Shown: positions 13,236 through 23,775 of the stretch, in pieces | Position numbering within the stretch: the stretch's first letter is position 1 | Layout of the letters: every line of letters starts with the position of its first letter | Assembly: GCA_964252075.1 (NCBI GenBank) | Contig: CAXULY010000017.1 | Span: 36,195 to 100,194 of the forward strand | Length of the DNA stretch: 64,000 bases | Source of the DNA: an uncultured Deinococcaceae bacterium | GTDB lineage: Bacteria > Deinococcota > Deinococci > Deinococcales > Deinococcaceae | Direction of reading: 5' to 3' | Made by a program: the position numbers and the translations under genes | The notes under the pieces: generated by a model | The model's input: only the letters and a program-made list of their open reading frames with translations | Database searches by the model: none | Told to the model about the DNA's origin: nothing

Positions 13236-14593
13236 GCGATCCCCTGGGACGCCCGCAGACGTACTTCGCGCCGGAACCGCCTGAGGAGTCCGGCGCGCCG
13301 ACCGAAGCGCCCCCGCGGCGCTGGCGGACCGTGCCCGGCTGGCGGGCGTGGCAGCTCTCCGGGCTGCTGTTCGCGGTGCTGGCCCTCGCCGGGTACTGGG
13401 CGCTGACCAGCACCACCAGCGAGGCGCGCCGCCTGAGCCTCGCCGCGCCGGGCGCCGCGCCGCACTTCACCATGCTGCTCGCCGGACGGGACATCGTGTA
13501 CTGCTACTACCGTCAGCCCTGCGCCGACCAGAACCAGCGCACGAAGCTGTACCAGCCGCCCAACACGGACACGATCATGCTCATCAAGGTGGACGGCGAG
13601 CGCGTGAACGTGCTGTCCATCCCGCGCGACACCAACGTGGGGCCCTTCAACGCCGCGGAAGGCATCGCCTTTCAGAAGGTGAACAGCCAGTACTTCCGCG
13701 GCGGGCCGGAAGCGCTCGCGAAGGCCGTGGAGGAGATCACGGGCGAGCACGTGGACAGTTACATGGTGGTCCGCACGGATTACGTCGCGGCGGTCATCAA
13801 CGCGCTGGGCGGCCTGGACGTGACGGTGCCGGACGTGCCGGGCTACGCGGGCGGGCGCGGCATTCAGTTCGACGACGAGGCGGCGGGCCTGCACATTCAC
13901 CTCTCGCCCGGGCAGCACCACCTGGACGGCAAGACCGCCGTGGGGTACCTGCGCATGCGCAAGGGCTTCGGGGACGATTACGGCCGCATGGACCACCAGA
14001 AGCAGGCGATCACGCAGCTGGTCGGCAAACTGCGCGGCTCGGGCGGCGTGGGCGCCATCCCCACCATCCTGCGCGGCCTGAACTCCGGCAGCGTGGAGAC
14101 GAACGTGGACCCCGCCATCGCGCAGCAGATGCTGCCGTACCTGCACGACTTCAAGCTGAGCTTCGCGACGCTCCCCACCAACGAGATTCCCGGCACCAGC
14201 AACCTCGCCGCCGACCGCGAGGCGCTCGCGCAGCTGTGGGGCGGCGCCCCCATCCGCGCCGGGCAGTCCACCACGGGCGTGACGGGCGTGCGGGTCTTCG
14301 ACGCCAGCGGGGACGGCATGGGCGCGCGCCTGCGCGCGGTCCTCACGCGCCTGGGGTACCGGGTGCTGAGCGTCACGCAGGAAACACCCAGCCGCGAGGG
14401 CAGTCAGGTCTTCACGCTGGACCGCCCCGGTGACGCGGGCGCCCTGGCGGACCTGCTGGGCCTGCCGAGGCTGCAGGGCCTGCGCTTCGCCATCGCCAGC
14501 GGCGAGGTGGGCCTGTACCTGGGCCGGGACGCCGATCAACAGTACGCGGTGCTGCGCCAGCTGCCCGCCCTGAACACCACGGAGAGACAATGA
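13232..14593 (+). CDS. LCP (LytR-CpsA-Psr) family protein with C-terminal LytR_C domain
   Basis: TDTIML, LSIPRD, YLRMR..DDYGRMDHQ; single N-terminal TM. Confidence 0.92.
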   Translation: MSDPLGRPQTYFAPEPPEESGAPTEAPPRRWRTVPGWRAWQLSGLLFAVLALAGYWALTSTTSEARRLSLAAPGAAPHFTMLLAGRDIVYCYYRQPCADQNQRTKLYQPPNTDTIMLIKVDGERVNVLSIPRDTNVGPFNAAEGIAFQKVNSQYFRGGPEALAKAVEEITGEHVDSYMVVRTDYVAAVINALGGLDVTVPDVPGYAGGRGIQFDDEAAGLHIHLSPGQHHLDGKTAVGYLRMRKGFGDDYGRMDHQKQAITQLVGKLRGSGGVGAIPTILRGLNSGSVETNVDPAIAQQMLPYLHDFKLSFATLPTNEIPGTSNLAADREALAQLWGGAPIRAGQSTTGVTGVRVFDASGDGMGARLRAVLTRLGYRVLSVTQETPSREGSQVFTLDRPGDAGALADLLGLPRLQGLRFAIASGEVGLYLGRDADQQYAVLRQLPALNTTERQ

Positions 14594-14952
14594 TGAACAT
14601 CCAAGACCAGTTGCGCGCCATCGTGGACGCCGCCGTGGAGCGGCGCGCCGAGGACGTGCGGGTGCTGGACCTCACGCAGGTTTCCAGCACCCTCGATTAC
14701 TTCGTGATCTGCACCGCCACCGCGGGTCTGCAGCTCAACGCCGTGCAGCAGAACATCCGGGAGAAGGCCCGCGAGGTGGGCCTGCCCGTCCCGAGCGTGG
14801 AGGGCCCCAGCGACCGCTGGCTGCTCCTCAGCTTCGGCGGGACCATCGTGGTGCACATCATGACGCGCGAGGCGCGCGACTACTACGACCTGGAGGGCCT
14901 GTGGAGCGACGCGCGCACCCTTGAGTTCGAGGGCACGGGCCAGGGCGCCTGA
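14590..14952 (+). CDS. rsfS: Ribosome silencing factor
   Basis: DYFVICT, W.LL.FG..VVHIM..R.YYDLE.LW. Confidence 0.96.
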   Translation: MMNIQDQLRAIVDAAVERRAEDVRVLDLTQVSSTLDYFVICTATAGLQLNAVQQNIREKAREVGLPVPSVEGPSDRWLLLSFGGTIVVHIMTREARDYYDLEGLWSDARTLEFEGTGQGA

Positions 14953-15046
14953 CGGACCGCCGGGCACCCATCCCTTCCTGAGGGCCCGACCCACGGCATA
15001 CACTGGAGTGCTGCGCCGCGGCGCGTCACGACACGAAAGGACCATC

Positions 15047-15352
15047 ATGGCTGAAAAAGACATTGACAAGTTGCTGCAACTGACGGACAGCAAGTACCGG
15101 CTCTCGGTGATCACCGCCAAGCGCGCGCTGCAGCTGCGCGCGGGCGCGCAGAGCGTCCTGCCGCCCGAGCAGCGCGCCCGCACGCACAACCTCGTGACGC
15201 AGGCCATGCGTGAACTCGCGGGTGGGAAGCTGCAGGTGGGCGAGGGCCTCATCGACGAGGACCGCATGCAGCAGGACTACCAGCGCCAGCGTCAGGCGCA
15301 GTTGCAGGCGCAGCTGAGCGCCGAGCGCGAGCGCGACCGCGACCGCGACTGA
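15047..15352 (+). CDS. rpoZ: RNA polymerase omega subunit
   Basis: SKYRLSVITAKRALQL. Confidence 0.95.
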   Translation: MAEKDIDKLLQLTDSKYRLSVITAKRALQLRAGAQSVLPPEQRARTHNLVTQAMRELAGGKLQVGEGLIDEDRMQQDYQRQRQAQLQAQLSAERERDRDRD

Positions 15353-15361
15353 AGCTGAAGC

Positions 15362-15397
15362 GAGAGGGCCGACAGGACAAATCCTGTCGGCCCTCTC
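15362..15397. terminator. Perfect 16-bp hairpin between convergent genes (bidirectional terminator)
   Basis: gagagggccgacagga-caaa-tcctgtcggccctctc. Confidence 0.8.
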
Positions 15398-15412
15398 CTG
15401 TGTGCCGGGCGC

Positions 15413-15751
15413 TCAGGGTGCCGTGACGGTCACGCTGGCTTTCATGTCCGGGTGAATGGCGCAGTGGTAGGCCACGCGGCCCGCCTGACTGAAGGTGTGC
15501 GTGAAGGTCTGTCCGGTCGTGAGCGTGCCGGACGTGAAGCTGCCGTCGTCGGCGGTCACGGTGTGCGGCGCGGCGTCGGTGTTCGTCCACGTGACGGTGG
15601 TGCCGGCCTTCACGGTCAGGTCGGACGGCTGGAAAGCGAAGCCGCTGATGCGGACCTCACCCAGGGAGGTGCCCCCAGCGGGGGCGGGGGCGCAGGCGGC
15701 GAGCAGGACAACCAGCACGGGCAGGGCCAGGAGGCTGCGTTTCATGGTCAT
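15413..15751 (-). CDS. Cupredoxin (amicyanin/plastocyanin-like) lipoprotein
   Basis: Lipobox LAAC; type-1 Cu ligands PHTV and YHCAIHPDM. Confidence 0.9.
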   Translation of the reverse strand: MTMKRSLLALPVLVVLLAACAPAPAGGTSLGEVRISGFAFQPSDLTVKAGTTVTWTNTDAAPHTVTADDGSFTSGTLTTGQTFTHTFSQAGRVAYHCAIHPDMKASVTVTAP

Positions 15752-15822
15752 GCTCCTTTCACCTGAGGTACGCCGCGCGCGCCGCGCGTGGATTCACGGG
15801 GCGGCCCCGCTACACTCGGGGC

Positions 15823-17046
15823 ATGAACGACTCAGCGACCCTCACGCCGACCGCCACCGTGATCGTGTCGGGTTCGGTGGCGGCGGTGAAAGCCCCGGCG
15901 ACGCTGCGGCGCCTGCGGGAGGCGGGCTTCGACACGCGCGTGATCGCCACGCGCGCCAGCCTGCACTTCGTGACGCCGCTGGCACTCGCGGAGGCGGGCG
16001 CGAGCACGCCCGCAACGGATGAGACGTGGTTCGCGCCACAACCCGTGGCGCAGCACCTTCAGCTGGCGCGCGCGGACGTGGTGATCGTGGTGGCGGCGAG
16101 CGCGGACCTGATCGCGCGGGCGGGCGCGGGCCGCTCGGACGACCTCGCCGCCGCGACGCTGCTCGCCACGCGCGCGCCCGTGCTGTGGGCGCCCGCCATG
16201 AACGAGAGCATGTGGACGCACCCCGCCACGCAGGCGCACGTGGCGCAGCTGAACCGCTGGGGGCACCGCTTCCTGGGCCCCACGAGCGGCGCTTTCGGCA
16301 CGCCCGGCGAGGGCGCGGGCGTGGGCCGCATGGCGGAACCCGAGGAGATCGCGCGGGCGGCGCTGGACCTGCGCGCGCCACAGGACCTCGCGGGCCTCAC
16401 GGTGGCGGTGTCGGCGGGCCCCACGCGGGAGTACCTGGACCCCGTGCGGTTCATCTCGAACCCGTCGAGCGGCAAGATGGGGTTCGCGGTGGCGGAGGTG
16501 GCGCGCGCGCGCGGCGCGGCGGTGACGCTCGTGACGGGCCCAGTCGAGCTGGCGTCCCCGCCGGGCGTGGAGGTCGTGCGGGTGCAGAGCGCGCTGGAGA
16601 TGCGGGACGCCATGCTGAGGGCGGCGCGCGCGGCGGACGTGGTGGTCATGACGGCGGCCGTCGCGGACTACCGCGCCGCGAACCCCGCGACGGAGAAGCA
16701 ACCCAAGAGCGGCGAGGACGCGCAGGTGGCCCTCACGCCCAACCCGGACATCCTGGCGGAGCTGGGGCGCGACAAGGGCGCGCGGGTGCTGGTGGGCTTC
16801 GCGATGGAGACGCACCAGGGCGTGGAGCGCGCGGCGGACAAGGCGCGGCGCAAGCGCGCGGATTTCATCCTGCTGAATTACCCCACGCGGGAGGGCACGG
16901 CCTTCGGCGGGGACGACAACCAGGTGACGCTGGTGCGCGCGGACGGCACCCACGAGGACTGGCCGCGCATGAGCAAACGCGCGGTCGCAGAGCGCCTGCT
17001 GAGCGAGGCGCTCGCCGCGCGCCGGGACCAGCCGGAAACTGCATAG
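15823..17046 (+). CDS. coaBC: Bifunctional phosphopantothenoylcysteine decarboxylase/synthetase
   Basis: [38 protein letters not shown]. Confidence 0.96.
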   Translation: MNDSATLTPTATVIVSGSVAAVKAPATLRRLREAGFDTRVIATRASLHFVTPLALAEAGASTPATDETWFAPQPVAQHLQLARADVVIVVAASADLIARAGAGRSDDLAAATLLATRAPVLWAPAMNESMWTHPATQAHVAQLNRWGHRFLGPTSGAFGTPGEGAGVGRMAEPEEIARAALDLRAPQDLAGLTVAVSAGPTREYLDPVRFISNPSSGKMGFAVAEVARARGAAVTLVTGPVELASPPGVEVVRVQSALEMRDAMLRAARAADVVVMTAAVADYRAANPATEKQPKSGEDAQVALTPNPDILAELGRDKGARVLVGFAMETHQGVERAADKARRKRADFILLNYPTREGTAFGGDDNQVTLVRADGTHEDWPRMSKRAVAERLLSEALAARRDQPETA

Positions 17047-17073
17047 CGGGCTGCATATTGTATGATGAGGGGC

Positions 17074-17538
17074 GTGGTCTTCAGCAAAGAGCAGCGCCAG
17101 AAACGCATTCAGGAAATCATCGCGCGGGAGAGCATCTCCACGCAGTCGGAACTCGTCGCGCGGCTGAACGCCGAGGGCGTGCGCGTCACGCAGGCCACCG
17201 TCTCGCGCGACATCAACGAGTTGCGGCTGGTGCGCCTCCCCGTCGGCAAGAGCCGCCACCGCTACAGCCTCGCGCAGGTGAGCGCCGAGACGGACGTGAT
17301 GGATGAACTCTCCCGGCTCTTCCGGAACTTCGTGACGGACGTGGACCGTGGGGAGAACGTGCTGGTTATCAAGACCGCCGAGGGGCACGCCAACGGCGTC
17401 GCGTACTTCATGGACAAACTGCGCCGCGACGACGTGGTCGGCACCCTCGCGGGCCAGGACACCATCCTGGTGATCGCGCGCACCAGCGCGGAGGGCGAAG
17501 CGCTGATGGAGGAGCTCAACGCCCTGATGATCGGCTGA
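17074..17538 (+). CDS. argR: Arginine repressor
   Basis: [18 protein letters not shown]; alternative start at 17062. Confidence 0.96.
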   Translation: MVFSKEQRQKRIQEIIARESISTQSELVARLNAEGVRVTQATVSRDINELRLVRLPVGKSRHRYSLAQVSAETDVMDELSRLFRNFVTDVDRGENVLVIKTAEGHANGVAYFMDKLRRDDVVGTLAGQDTILVIARTSAEGEALMEELNALMIG

Positions 17539-17541
17539 GGG

Positions 17542-17787
17542 TTATCCCAGGTGGGGCTGCGCCGCGCCGAAACCGTCCAGCGCGCCCGGCTTGAGGGTCC
17601 AGTCGCCCTCCACGCGCTCGGCCTTGCCCTCCTGCACCAGCCGGTTCAGTTCCGCCTCCACCCGCTGCCCCACGCGGCGCAGCGGCATGTCCGCGGCGTC
17701 AATGCCGCGCCACGCCAGGAACGCCCGATGAAACGCGGGCAGGGCGTCCAGGCCCACCCGCTCCTCCAACCCACGCCAGGAACGCAT
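17542..17787 (-). CDS. Small hypothetical protein (81 aa)
   Basis: [11 protein letters not shown]... ORF with TACAAT 6 nt upstream of ATG; host-like codon usage. Confidence 0.7.
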   Translation of the reverse strand: MRSWRGLEERVGLDALPAFHRAFLAWRGIDAADMPLRRVGQRVEAELNRLVQEGKAERVEGDWTLKPGALDGFGAAQPHLG

Positions 17788-17870
17788 GCCGTCATTGTAG
17801 GCGCCCGCCGACCCGGCGCTCACCCTGCACAGCGCCCCACGCGCCATACTGCGCGCTGGCCCACCAGGCC

Positions 17871-17913
17871 CCGGACGAGAGGCACGCCGTACCCGGTCAC
17901 GACAAGACGGCGC
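17871..17913 (+). ncRNA. Guanidine-III (ykkC-III) riboswitch
   Basis: CCGGACGAG..CGCCGTACCCGGTCACGACAAGACGGCG matches the guanidine-III consensus, directly upstream of an SMR gene. Confidence 0.92.
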
Positions 17914-17929
17914 AGCAGAAAGGTGCACC

Positions 17930-18250
17930 ATGCCCTGGATTCTGCTCGTCATCGCGGGCCTGCTGGAAGTCGGCTGGGCCATCGGCCTGAAGTACACGCA
18001 GGGCTTCACGCGCCCCATCCCCACCGCCCTGACCCTCGTCAGCATGGTCGCCAGCATGGGCCTGCTGGGCCTCGCCACGCGCAGCCTCCCCATCGGCACG
18101 GCGTACGGCGTGTGGGTCGGGATCGGCGCGGTGGGCGCCGCAGTCCTCGGCATCGCGCTGCTCGGTGAGCCCGCCACGCCCGCCCGCGTGTTTTTCCTGG
18201 TCCTCATGGTCGTGGCGATCATCGGCCTGAAGGTCACCGGCGGGCACTGA
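17930..18250 (+). CDS. gdx: Guanidinium exporter Gdx (SugE), SMR family
   Basis: [27 protein letters not shown]; upstream riboswitch. Confidence 0.95.
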   Translation: MPWILLVIAGLLEVGWAIGLKYTQGFTRPIPTALTLVSMVASMGLLGLATRSLPIGTAYGVWVGIGAVGAAVLGIALLGEPATPARVFFLVLMVVAIIGLKVTGGH

Positions 18251-18322
18251 GGGACGCCACGCCCGGCCGCAGCGCGCCCGTCGTCACGGTCCCCTTCGCG
18301 TGCGCGTGACACAATACCCGGC

Positions 18323-19312
18323 ATGCTGGATGTGGCAATCATCGGAGCGGGACCGGTCGGGCTGGCGGCGGCCATCACCGCGAAGCGCGCGGGCCTGTCG
18401 TACGTGGTGCTGGACAAGGGGTGCGTCGTGAACGCCATCTTCGACTACCCCACCTACATGACGTTCTTCACGACCGCGCCGGAACTGGAGGTCGGCGGGC
18501 ACCCCATGGTGACGGGGCACGACAAGCCGGACCGCAAGGACGCCCTCATGTACTACCGCCTGGTGGCGCAGCGCGAGGGCCTGAACATCGAGCAGTACAC
18601 CGAGGTGACGCGCGTGCACGCCGCGCCCGCGGGCTTCACGGTGGAGGTGAACCGCAAGGACGGCGAGGACGGCGTGATCGAGGCGCGGCGCGTGGTCGTG
18701 GCGACCGGGTACTACGACAATCCCCTGCACATGGGCATTCCCGGCGAGGACCGAGAGAACGTCAGCCATTACTACACGGAGGCGCACCCCTTCTGGCGCC
18801 TGAACGTCACGGTGATCGGCGCGGGGAACAGCGCCGCGGACGCCGCGCTGGACCTGTGGCGCGGCGGCGCGAACGTCACCATGATCGTGCGCGCGCCGGA
18901 ACTCAAGAGCACCATCAAGTACTGGGTGCGCCCGGACCTCGAGAACCGCATCAAGGAGGGCAGCATCGCCGCGCACTTCGGCTCGCGCGTCACGGAGATC
19001 CTGGAGGACCGCGTGATCGTGGAGAGCGAGGGCGGCTCCTGGGAACTCGCGACGGACTTCACCTTCGCGCTCACCGGGTACCGCCCCAAGCTGGATTTCC
19101 TGGCGGACCTGGGCCTCGCGCAGCACCCGGACGAGTGTCTCGTGCTGAGTGAGGCGTCGGAGAGCAGCGTGCCGGGCCTGTACGTGGTGGGGAGCGCCGG
19201 GTACGCGGGCCGCACGAACCAGGTGTTCATCGAGAACGGACGCCTGCACGCGGAGGCGGCGGTCGCGGACATCGCGCGGAGCCTGCGCGAGAACGAACTG
19301 CTGACCCGCTGA
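18323..19312 (+). CDS. ypdA: YpdA-family bacillithiol disulfide reductase
   Basis: [35 protein letters not shown]. Confidence 0.92.
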   Translation: MLDVAIIGAGPVGLAAAITAKRAGLSYVVLDKGCVVNAIFDYPTYMTFFTTAPELEVGGHPMVTGHDKPDRKDALMYYRLVAQREGLNIEQYTEVTRVHAAPAGFTVEVNRKDGEDGVIEARRVVVATGYYDNPLHMGIPGEDRENVSHYYTEAHPFWRLNVTVIGAGNSAADAALDLWRGGANVTMIVRAPELKSTIKYWVRPDLENRIKEGSIAAHFGSRVTEILEDRVIVESEGGSWELATDFTFALTGYRPKLDFLADLGLAQHPDECLVLSEASESSVPGLYVVGSAGYAGRTNQVFIENGRLHAEAAVADIARSLRENELLTR

Positions 19313-19322
19313 TGGGCTGAAC

Positions 19323-19354
19323 GGCGCGCCCCGCCTATAAACGCGGGGCGCGCC
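19323..19354. terminator. Hairpin between convergent genes
   Basis: ggcgcgccccgc/gcggggcgcgcc inverted repeat. Confidence 0.7.
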
Positions 19355-19356
19355 CT

Positions 19357-19554
19357 TTACTTGCGGCGGTGGCTCGCAGCGAGCCCCACGGCGGCGCCTA
19401 CGCCCGCGCCCACACCGATCCCGGCGCCCACGCCTAGGGCGACGTTGTCGAGCAGGAGGCCGAGGGCCGCCCCCAAGCCCGTGCCGATGCCGATGCCGAC
19501 GCCCATGCCGGCCGCCATGCGCTGCCCGGTGTCCTTGTTGCGTGGGTCACTCAT
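19357..19554 (-). CDS. Small glycine-zipper membrane protein
   Basis: Two GxxxG-rich helices; CACACT 6 nt upstream of ATG. Confidence 0.75.
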   Translation of the reverse strand: MSDPRNKDTGQRMAAGMGVGIGIGTGLGAALGLLLDNVALGVGAGIGVGAGVGAAVGLAASHRRK

Positions 19555-19723
19555 GCCCGCAGTGTGCGGACAGCAGGTGAGGGGCGCCGCAGAGTCGCAT
19601 CAATGGCCAGACGGGGAGAAGTTGACCGATCGTGTCAGCTTTATGAGACCGAATGCTATATTTTCGGGACGTGAAGGCGGTGCGACCCTCACCGCCACCG
19701 CACGCGACATCCCGGAGGACCCC

Positions 19724-21448
19724 GTGAAGACCACCCGCACCACCCTGCTCCTCGGCCTCGCCCTGCTGGGAGCCGCCAGCGCCGCGCCCAAGAACCCAAA
19801 TGTGCTCGTGGCCCTCGCCAGTTACGACTGGACGGGCTTCGACCCGGCGCACTGCAACGACCTCCCGTGCGAGGAGGTGCTGCAGAACACCCTGGAGACC
19901 CTGTACTTCCCGAAGGGCGCCAGCACCACCGCGTACAGCCCCATGCTGGCCGCCGATCAGCCCACCGTGAGCGCGGACGGCAAGACGTACACCGTGAAGC
20001 TGAACCCGCAGGCGAAGTTCAGTGACGGCACGCCCGTCACCGCGAACGACGTGAAGTACAGCCTCACGCGCCTGCTCGCCATGAGCGCCAGCGATGGCCC
20101 CGTCACGAAGCTGCTGTACCCGCTGGTCGGCACGAACACGCCCCTCACCAAGGACAACGCGGGCGCCTACGTGACGCTCGACAAGGCCATCGAGGTCAAG
20201 GACGCGCGCACGGTGGTGTTCCACCTCGCGCAGCCCTTCGGGCCGTTCCTCGCGGTGCTCGCCTCGCCCGCCTCCGCCATCTACAGCCAGGCCGCCGCCG
20301 CGAAGGCGGGCGCCTGGGACGGCAAGGACGCCAGCTGGGCGAAGTTCGTGAACCAGCCGCTCGCGGACTCCCCCTTCCTGAAGGCGCCGCCGCTCGGCTC
20401 CGGGCCCTTCACGCTCGGGCGTTACGACAGCGGCAACCAGGTGATCCTGCAGCGCAACGACAAGTACTGGCGCGCGCCCGCTAAACTGCAGACCGTCGTG
20501 ATCAAGAACGTCGCGGAGGCCGCCACCGCCGTGCAGCTCCTCAAGACCGGCGACGCCGACCTGATCCGCACGAACGGCTACCCCCGCAATGTCGCCTCGC
20601 AGTTCGCGGGGCTGGACGGCGTGACCACCAACCTCAAGGTGAACAGCTTGGCCCTGCAGGGTTTCTTCATGAACTTCAACGTGAAGAATGCCAGCCAGAA
20701 CGGCTACCTGGGCACCGGCACGCTCTCCGAGAAGGGCATCCCCGCCGACTTCTTCAGCGACGTGAACGTGCGCCGCGCCTTTGCGTCCAGCTTCGATTAC
20801 AACAGCTTCATTCAGGCGCAGCTGCTCGGCGCGGGCATCCAGACGAACGGCGCGCTCGTGAAGGGCCTGCTGGGCTACACCGCGCTGCACTTCCCGTACA
20901 GCCGCCCGAGCGCCCTCGCGAGCTTCAAGAAGGCGTACGGCGGGAAGCTCTGGACGGCGGGCTTCACCGTGCCGGTCTTCTGGAACAGCGGCAACGAAAC
21001 GCGCCACCAGGCCGCGCTGGTCTTCAAGCGCAACATCGAGTCGCTGAACCCGAAGTTCCACGTGGACGTGCGCGAAATTCAGTTCTCGGAGCTGATCGCG
21101 AAGGCGAACAGCGGGCAGCTCACCGCGTACTTCCTCGGATGGAGCACCGACTACGCCGACCCATACAACGTGATCTTCCCGTGGGCGCACTCGCAGGGCA
21201 CCTTTCCGAAGCAGACGGGGTACAAGAACCCGAAGGTGGATGACGTCATCACGCAGGCGGTCGCCACGACGGACGCCAAGAAGCGCGGCGAGCTGTACCA
21301 GCAGGCCGCGAAACTCGCGTACAACGACGTGGCGGAACTGCCCCTCTACCAGGACGTGGGGTACACCGCGCAGCGCGACTGGGTGAAGGGCCGCGTCCTG
21401 AACCCGCTGTTCGGCGGGAACTACTACTACTCCATCAGCAAGGAGTAA
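19724..21448 (+). CDS. ABC peptide/nickel-family (family 5) substrate-binding protein, orphan copy 1
   Basis: Signal peptide; KFSDGTPVTANDVKYS; GSGPF; GWSTDYADP; GGAGG upstream of GTG. Confidence 0.92.
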   Translation: MKTTRTTLLLGLALLGAASAAPKNPNVLVALASYDWTGFDPAHCNDLPCEEVLQNTLETLYFPKGASTTAYSPMLAADQPTVSADGKTYTVKLNPQAKFSDGTPVTANDVKYSLTRLLAMSASDGPVTKLLYPLVGTNTPLTKDNAGAYVTLDKAIEVKDARTVVFHLAQPFGPFLAVLASPASAIYSQAAAAKAGAWDGKDASWAKFVNQPLADSPFLKAPPLGSGPFTLGRYDSGNQVILQRNDKYWRAPAKLQTVVIKNVAEAATAVQLLKTGDADLIRTNGYPRNVASQFAGLDGVTTNLKVNSLALQGFFMNFNVKNASQNGYLGTGTLSEKGIPADFFSDVNVRRAFASSFDYNSFIQAQLLGAGIQTNGALVKGLLGYTALHFPYSRPSALASFKKAYGGKLWTAGFTVPVFWNSGNETRHQAALVFKRNIESLNPKFHVDVREIQFSELIAKANSGQLTAYFLGWSTDYADPYNVIFPWAHSQGTFPKQTGYKNPKVDDVITQAVATTDAKKRGELYQQAAKLAYNDVAELPLYQDVGYTAQRDWVKGRVLNPLFGGNYYYSISKE

Positions 21449-22166
21449 CGCCCGGCAGGTACACGCCGTCCCGGAGCTCCGGGACGGCGTCGCTGCTGTT
21501 GATTTGAGCGGCGAGATCCACGTCCAGTGCGAAGCCGCGCTCAACGAGTTCCCGCCCGGACGCGCACGCGCGCAGGGTGGCGGAGGGGTCAGTGACCGCG
21601 TCCCAGGCGCGCGCGGCGGCCTCCGCTTCCGGGGAGGCGGACAGGCTTAGGGCGCGCACCACCGCACCCGCACCCAGCCAGTCCTCCAGGGCGGGGCGCA
21701 GGCTCCCGTCCGGCCAGCGCTCGCCCGCCGGGACGACCAGCACGGAGGGGAAGCGCGAGATCACGTGGTCCGCAACGGCCCGCGCGTTCCGCCAGCACGC
21801 GGCGAACACCGCCGCTCCAGCCGCCGCTGCCAGGGCGGAGAGCGTCGCGCCGTTCGGGGAGGGCAGCACGAGGCGCGCACCGGGCGGCAGGGTGGTCAGG
21901 GACGTGGGCGACAGCGAGTATCCACTCGCGAAGCGCCGCTCTGGGCTGGCGAGCAGGGCGCCACGCTCACGCGCGACCTCCGCCGCCGTGTGGTCCCGCC
22001 AGCGGTACGGCAGGACGCCTGCCCCACGCGCGACCGCCACGTCCACGCAGGTGCTGAAGGACAGCACGTCCACGATCACGACCGCCGCGCAGTGGGGCGC
22101 AAGGTGCCGGATGGCCGCCTCGCCCCACTCGCAACGCACCGGAAAAGGTTGCTGGTCGTGGAACAT
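21435..22166 (-). CDS. 2-phosphosulfolactate phosphatase family protein
   Basis: VIVDVLSFST; SPTS; SPNG; ALEDWLGAG; SGREL. Confidence 0.85.
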   Translation of the reverse strand: MFHDQQPFPVRCEWGEAAIRHLAPHCAAVVIVDVLSFSTCVDVAVARGAGVLPYRWRDHTAAEVARERGALLASPERRFASGYSLSPTSLTTLPPGARLVLPSPNGATLSALAAAAGAAVFAACWRNARAVADHVISRFPSVLVVPAGERWPDGSLRPALEDWLGAGAVVRALSLSASPEAEAAARAWDAVTDPSATLRACASGRELVERGFALDVDLAAQINSSDAVPELRDGVYLPGVTPC

Positions 22167-22222
22167 GGGAGACAGAATGGTGGCGAGGCAGCCAGGCTGC
22201 CTCGCCGCCGGACTCGCTCGCC

Positions 22223-22459
22223 TTACAGGCCGAAGTGCGCGCGGTTCTTCTGGATGTACTCCATCTCGCTCTCCGGCACGTCCTCTTCCGGGTAGATGGC
22301 GCTCACGGGGCAGGCGGGCACGCAGGCGCCGCAGTCAATGCACTCGTCGGGGTGAATGAGGAACATCTCGCCCGCGTCATAGATGCACTCGACGGGGCAC
22401 ACCTCGGTGCAACTCTGGTCCTTGGTTCCGATGCAGGGGCTCACGATGACGTGGGGCAT
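22223..22459 (-). CDS. fdx: 7Fe (3Fe-4S/4Fe-4S) ferredoxin
   Basis: C..KDQSCTEVCPVECI and CIDCGACVPACP. Confidence 0.95.
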   Translation of the reverse strand: MPHVIVSPCIGTKDQSCTEVCPVECIYDAGEMFLIHPDECIDCGACVPACPVSAIYPEEDVPESEMEYIQKNRAHFGL

Positions 22460-22542
22460 GCGGTCATTATGGGGACGCATCCCCCTCAGGGCAAGCGTAA
22501 CCGTGACACAAATGCGGCCTTGTCCATGTTTGCCATCAATCC

Positions 22543-23775
22543 CTAACGGGCGAGCGCCGCGAGCGTACCCGCCAGCACCCGCACCCCAGCGGCAATGGCT
22601 TCCGGACTGGCGTACTCGTCCGGGCGGTGGCTCACGCCGCCCCGGCACGGAATGAAGATCATGCCAACCGGGCACAACCGCGCCATGAAGAGCGTGTCGT
22701 GGTACGCGCGGGACGGCAACTCCATGAAGGGCAGGCCCTCGGCGGCGCACGCATCCCGGCCCGCCGCGAGCACAGCGGGGTCACTGATGGCGGGCGGGTC
22801 GGCGTTCAGCACATCCAGGCGCAGCTCGATGCCGCGCCTGGCGCACACCTCGCGCGCCGCCTCCATTACCTGCCGCACGCTCTCGTCGCGCCGCGCGGCG
22901 TCGATGTCGCGCAGGTCCAAGCCGAGCGTCACGCTGGACGGGATGCTGTTGATGGCGTTCGGGTGCACCTGCACGAGGCCCGCCGTGCCCACGGCGTCCA
23001 GCGCGCCCGTGGCGAGCGTCACGCGCTCCACGGCGAGGGCGATCTCGGCGGCGGCCAGGAAGGCGTCCTTGCGGCCCGGCATGAGGCGCGCGCCCGCGTG
23101 CCCGCCCTCGCCCGTGAGGTGCAGCATGAGGCTCGCGGGCGCCGCGATGGCCGTCACGAGCCCGATGGGGAGGCCCGCGCGCTCCAGTTCCGGCCCCTGC
23201 TCGATGTGCAGCTCCACGAAGGCGCTGTAGGCGCCGGGCGTGAGCTGCACGGTTTCGAGGGGGGTGGTGTAGCCGACGGCGGCGCGCGCGTCCTCCAGAC
23301 CCATGCCGTCCGCATCCCGCAGGGCACGCAACGCGTCTGTGGTCAGGGCGCCGCTCATGGCCCTGGAGCCCAGGCACCCCACCCCGAAGCGCGTGGGTTC
23401 CTCCGCCGTGAAGGCGATCAGCTCGATGCTGCGCCGGGGCATGAAGCCCTCGCGTTTCAGGGCGCGGATGGCTTCCAGGCCGCCGAGCACGCCCACCACG
23501 CCGTCGTACTTCCCGGCGTGCGGGATGGCGTCCGTGTGCGAGCCCGTCGCGACGGCTGGCAGATCGGGGTCGCTGCCTTCCCAGCGGGCGAAGAGGTTCC
23601 CGAGGGCGTCCTCCCGCCACGCGAGGCCCGCCGCCTCAATCAGGCCCTTCAGCTCCGCACGGCCCGCCATGTCCTGCTTGGTCCACAGCACGCGCGTGAC
23701 GGACGGCGCGGGCGTCTCGGAATGCAGGGCGAGCGCGTCGATCTCCGCGCCGAGCGTTTGCATGTCCACCTGCAT
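22543..23775 (-). CDS. M20 amidohydrolase, probable ureidoglycolate amidohydrolase (plant UAH-like)
   Basis: GSHTDAIP..GKYDG; EEPTRFG..CLGSR; ELHIEQG; SRAYHD.LFMAR; last gene of the allantoin operon. Confidence 0.8.
   Translation of the reverse strand: MQVDMQTLGAEIDALALHSETPAPSVTRVLWTKQDMAGRAELKGLIEAAGLAWREDALGNLFARWEGSDPDLPAVATGSHTDAIPHAGKYDGVVGVLGGLEAIRALKREGFMPRRSIELIAFTAEEPTRFGVGCLGSRAMSGALTTDALRALRDADGMGLEDARAAVGYTTPLETVQLTPGAYSAFVELHIEQGPELERAGLPIGLVTAIAAPASLMLHLTGEGGHAGARLMPGRKDAFLAAAEIALAVERVTLATGALDAVGTAGLVQVHPNAINSIPSSVTLGLDLRDIDAARRDESVRQVMEAAREVCARRGIELRLDVLNADPPAISDPAVLAAGRDACAAEGLPFMELPSRAYHDTLFMARLCPVGMIFIPCRGGVSHRPDEYASPEAIAAGVRVLAGTLAALAR

Noticed and set aside
17038..17070. 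ARG box at the argR promoter
   Set aside because: Only TGCAT half-sites are present and the palindrome is incomplete, too weak to call
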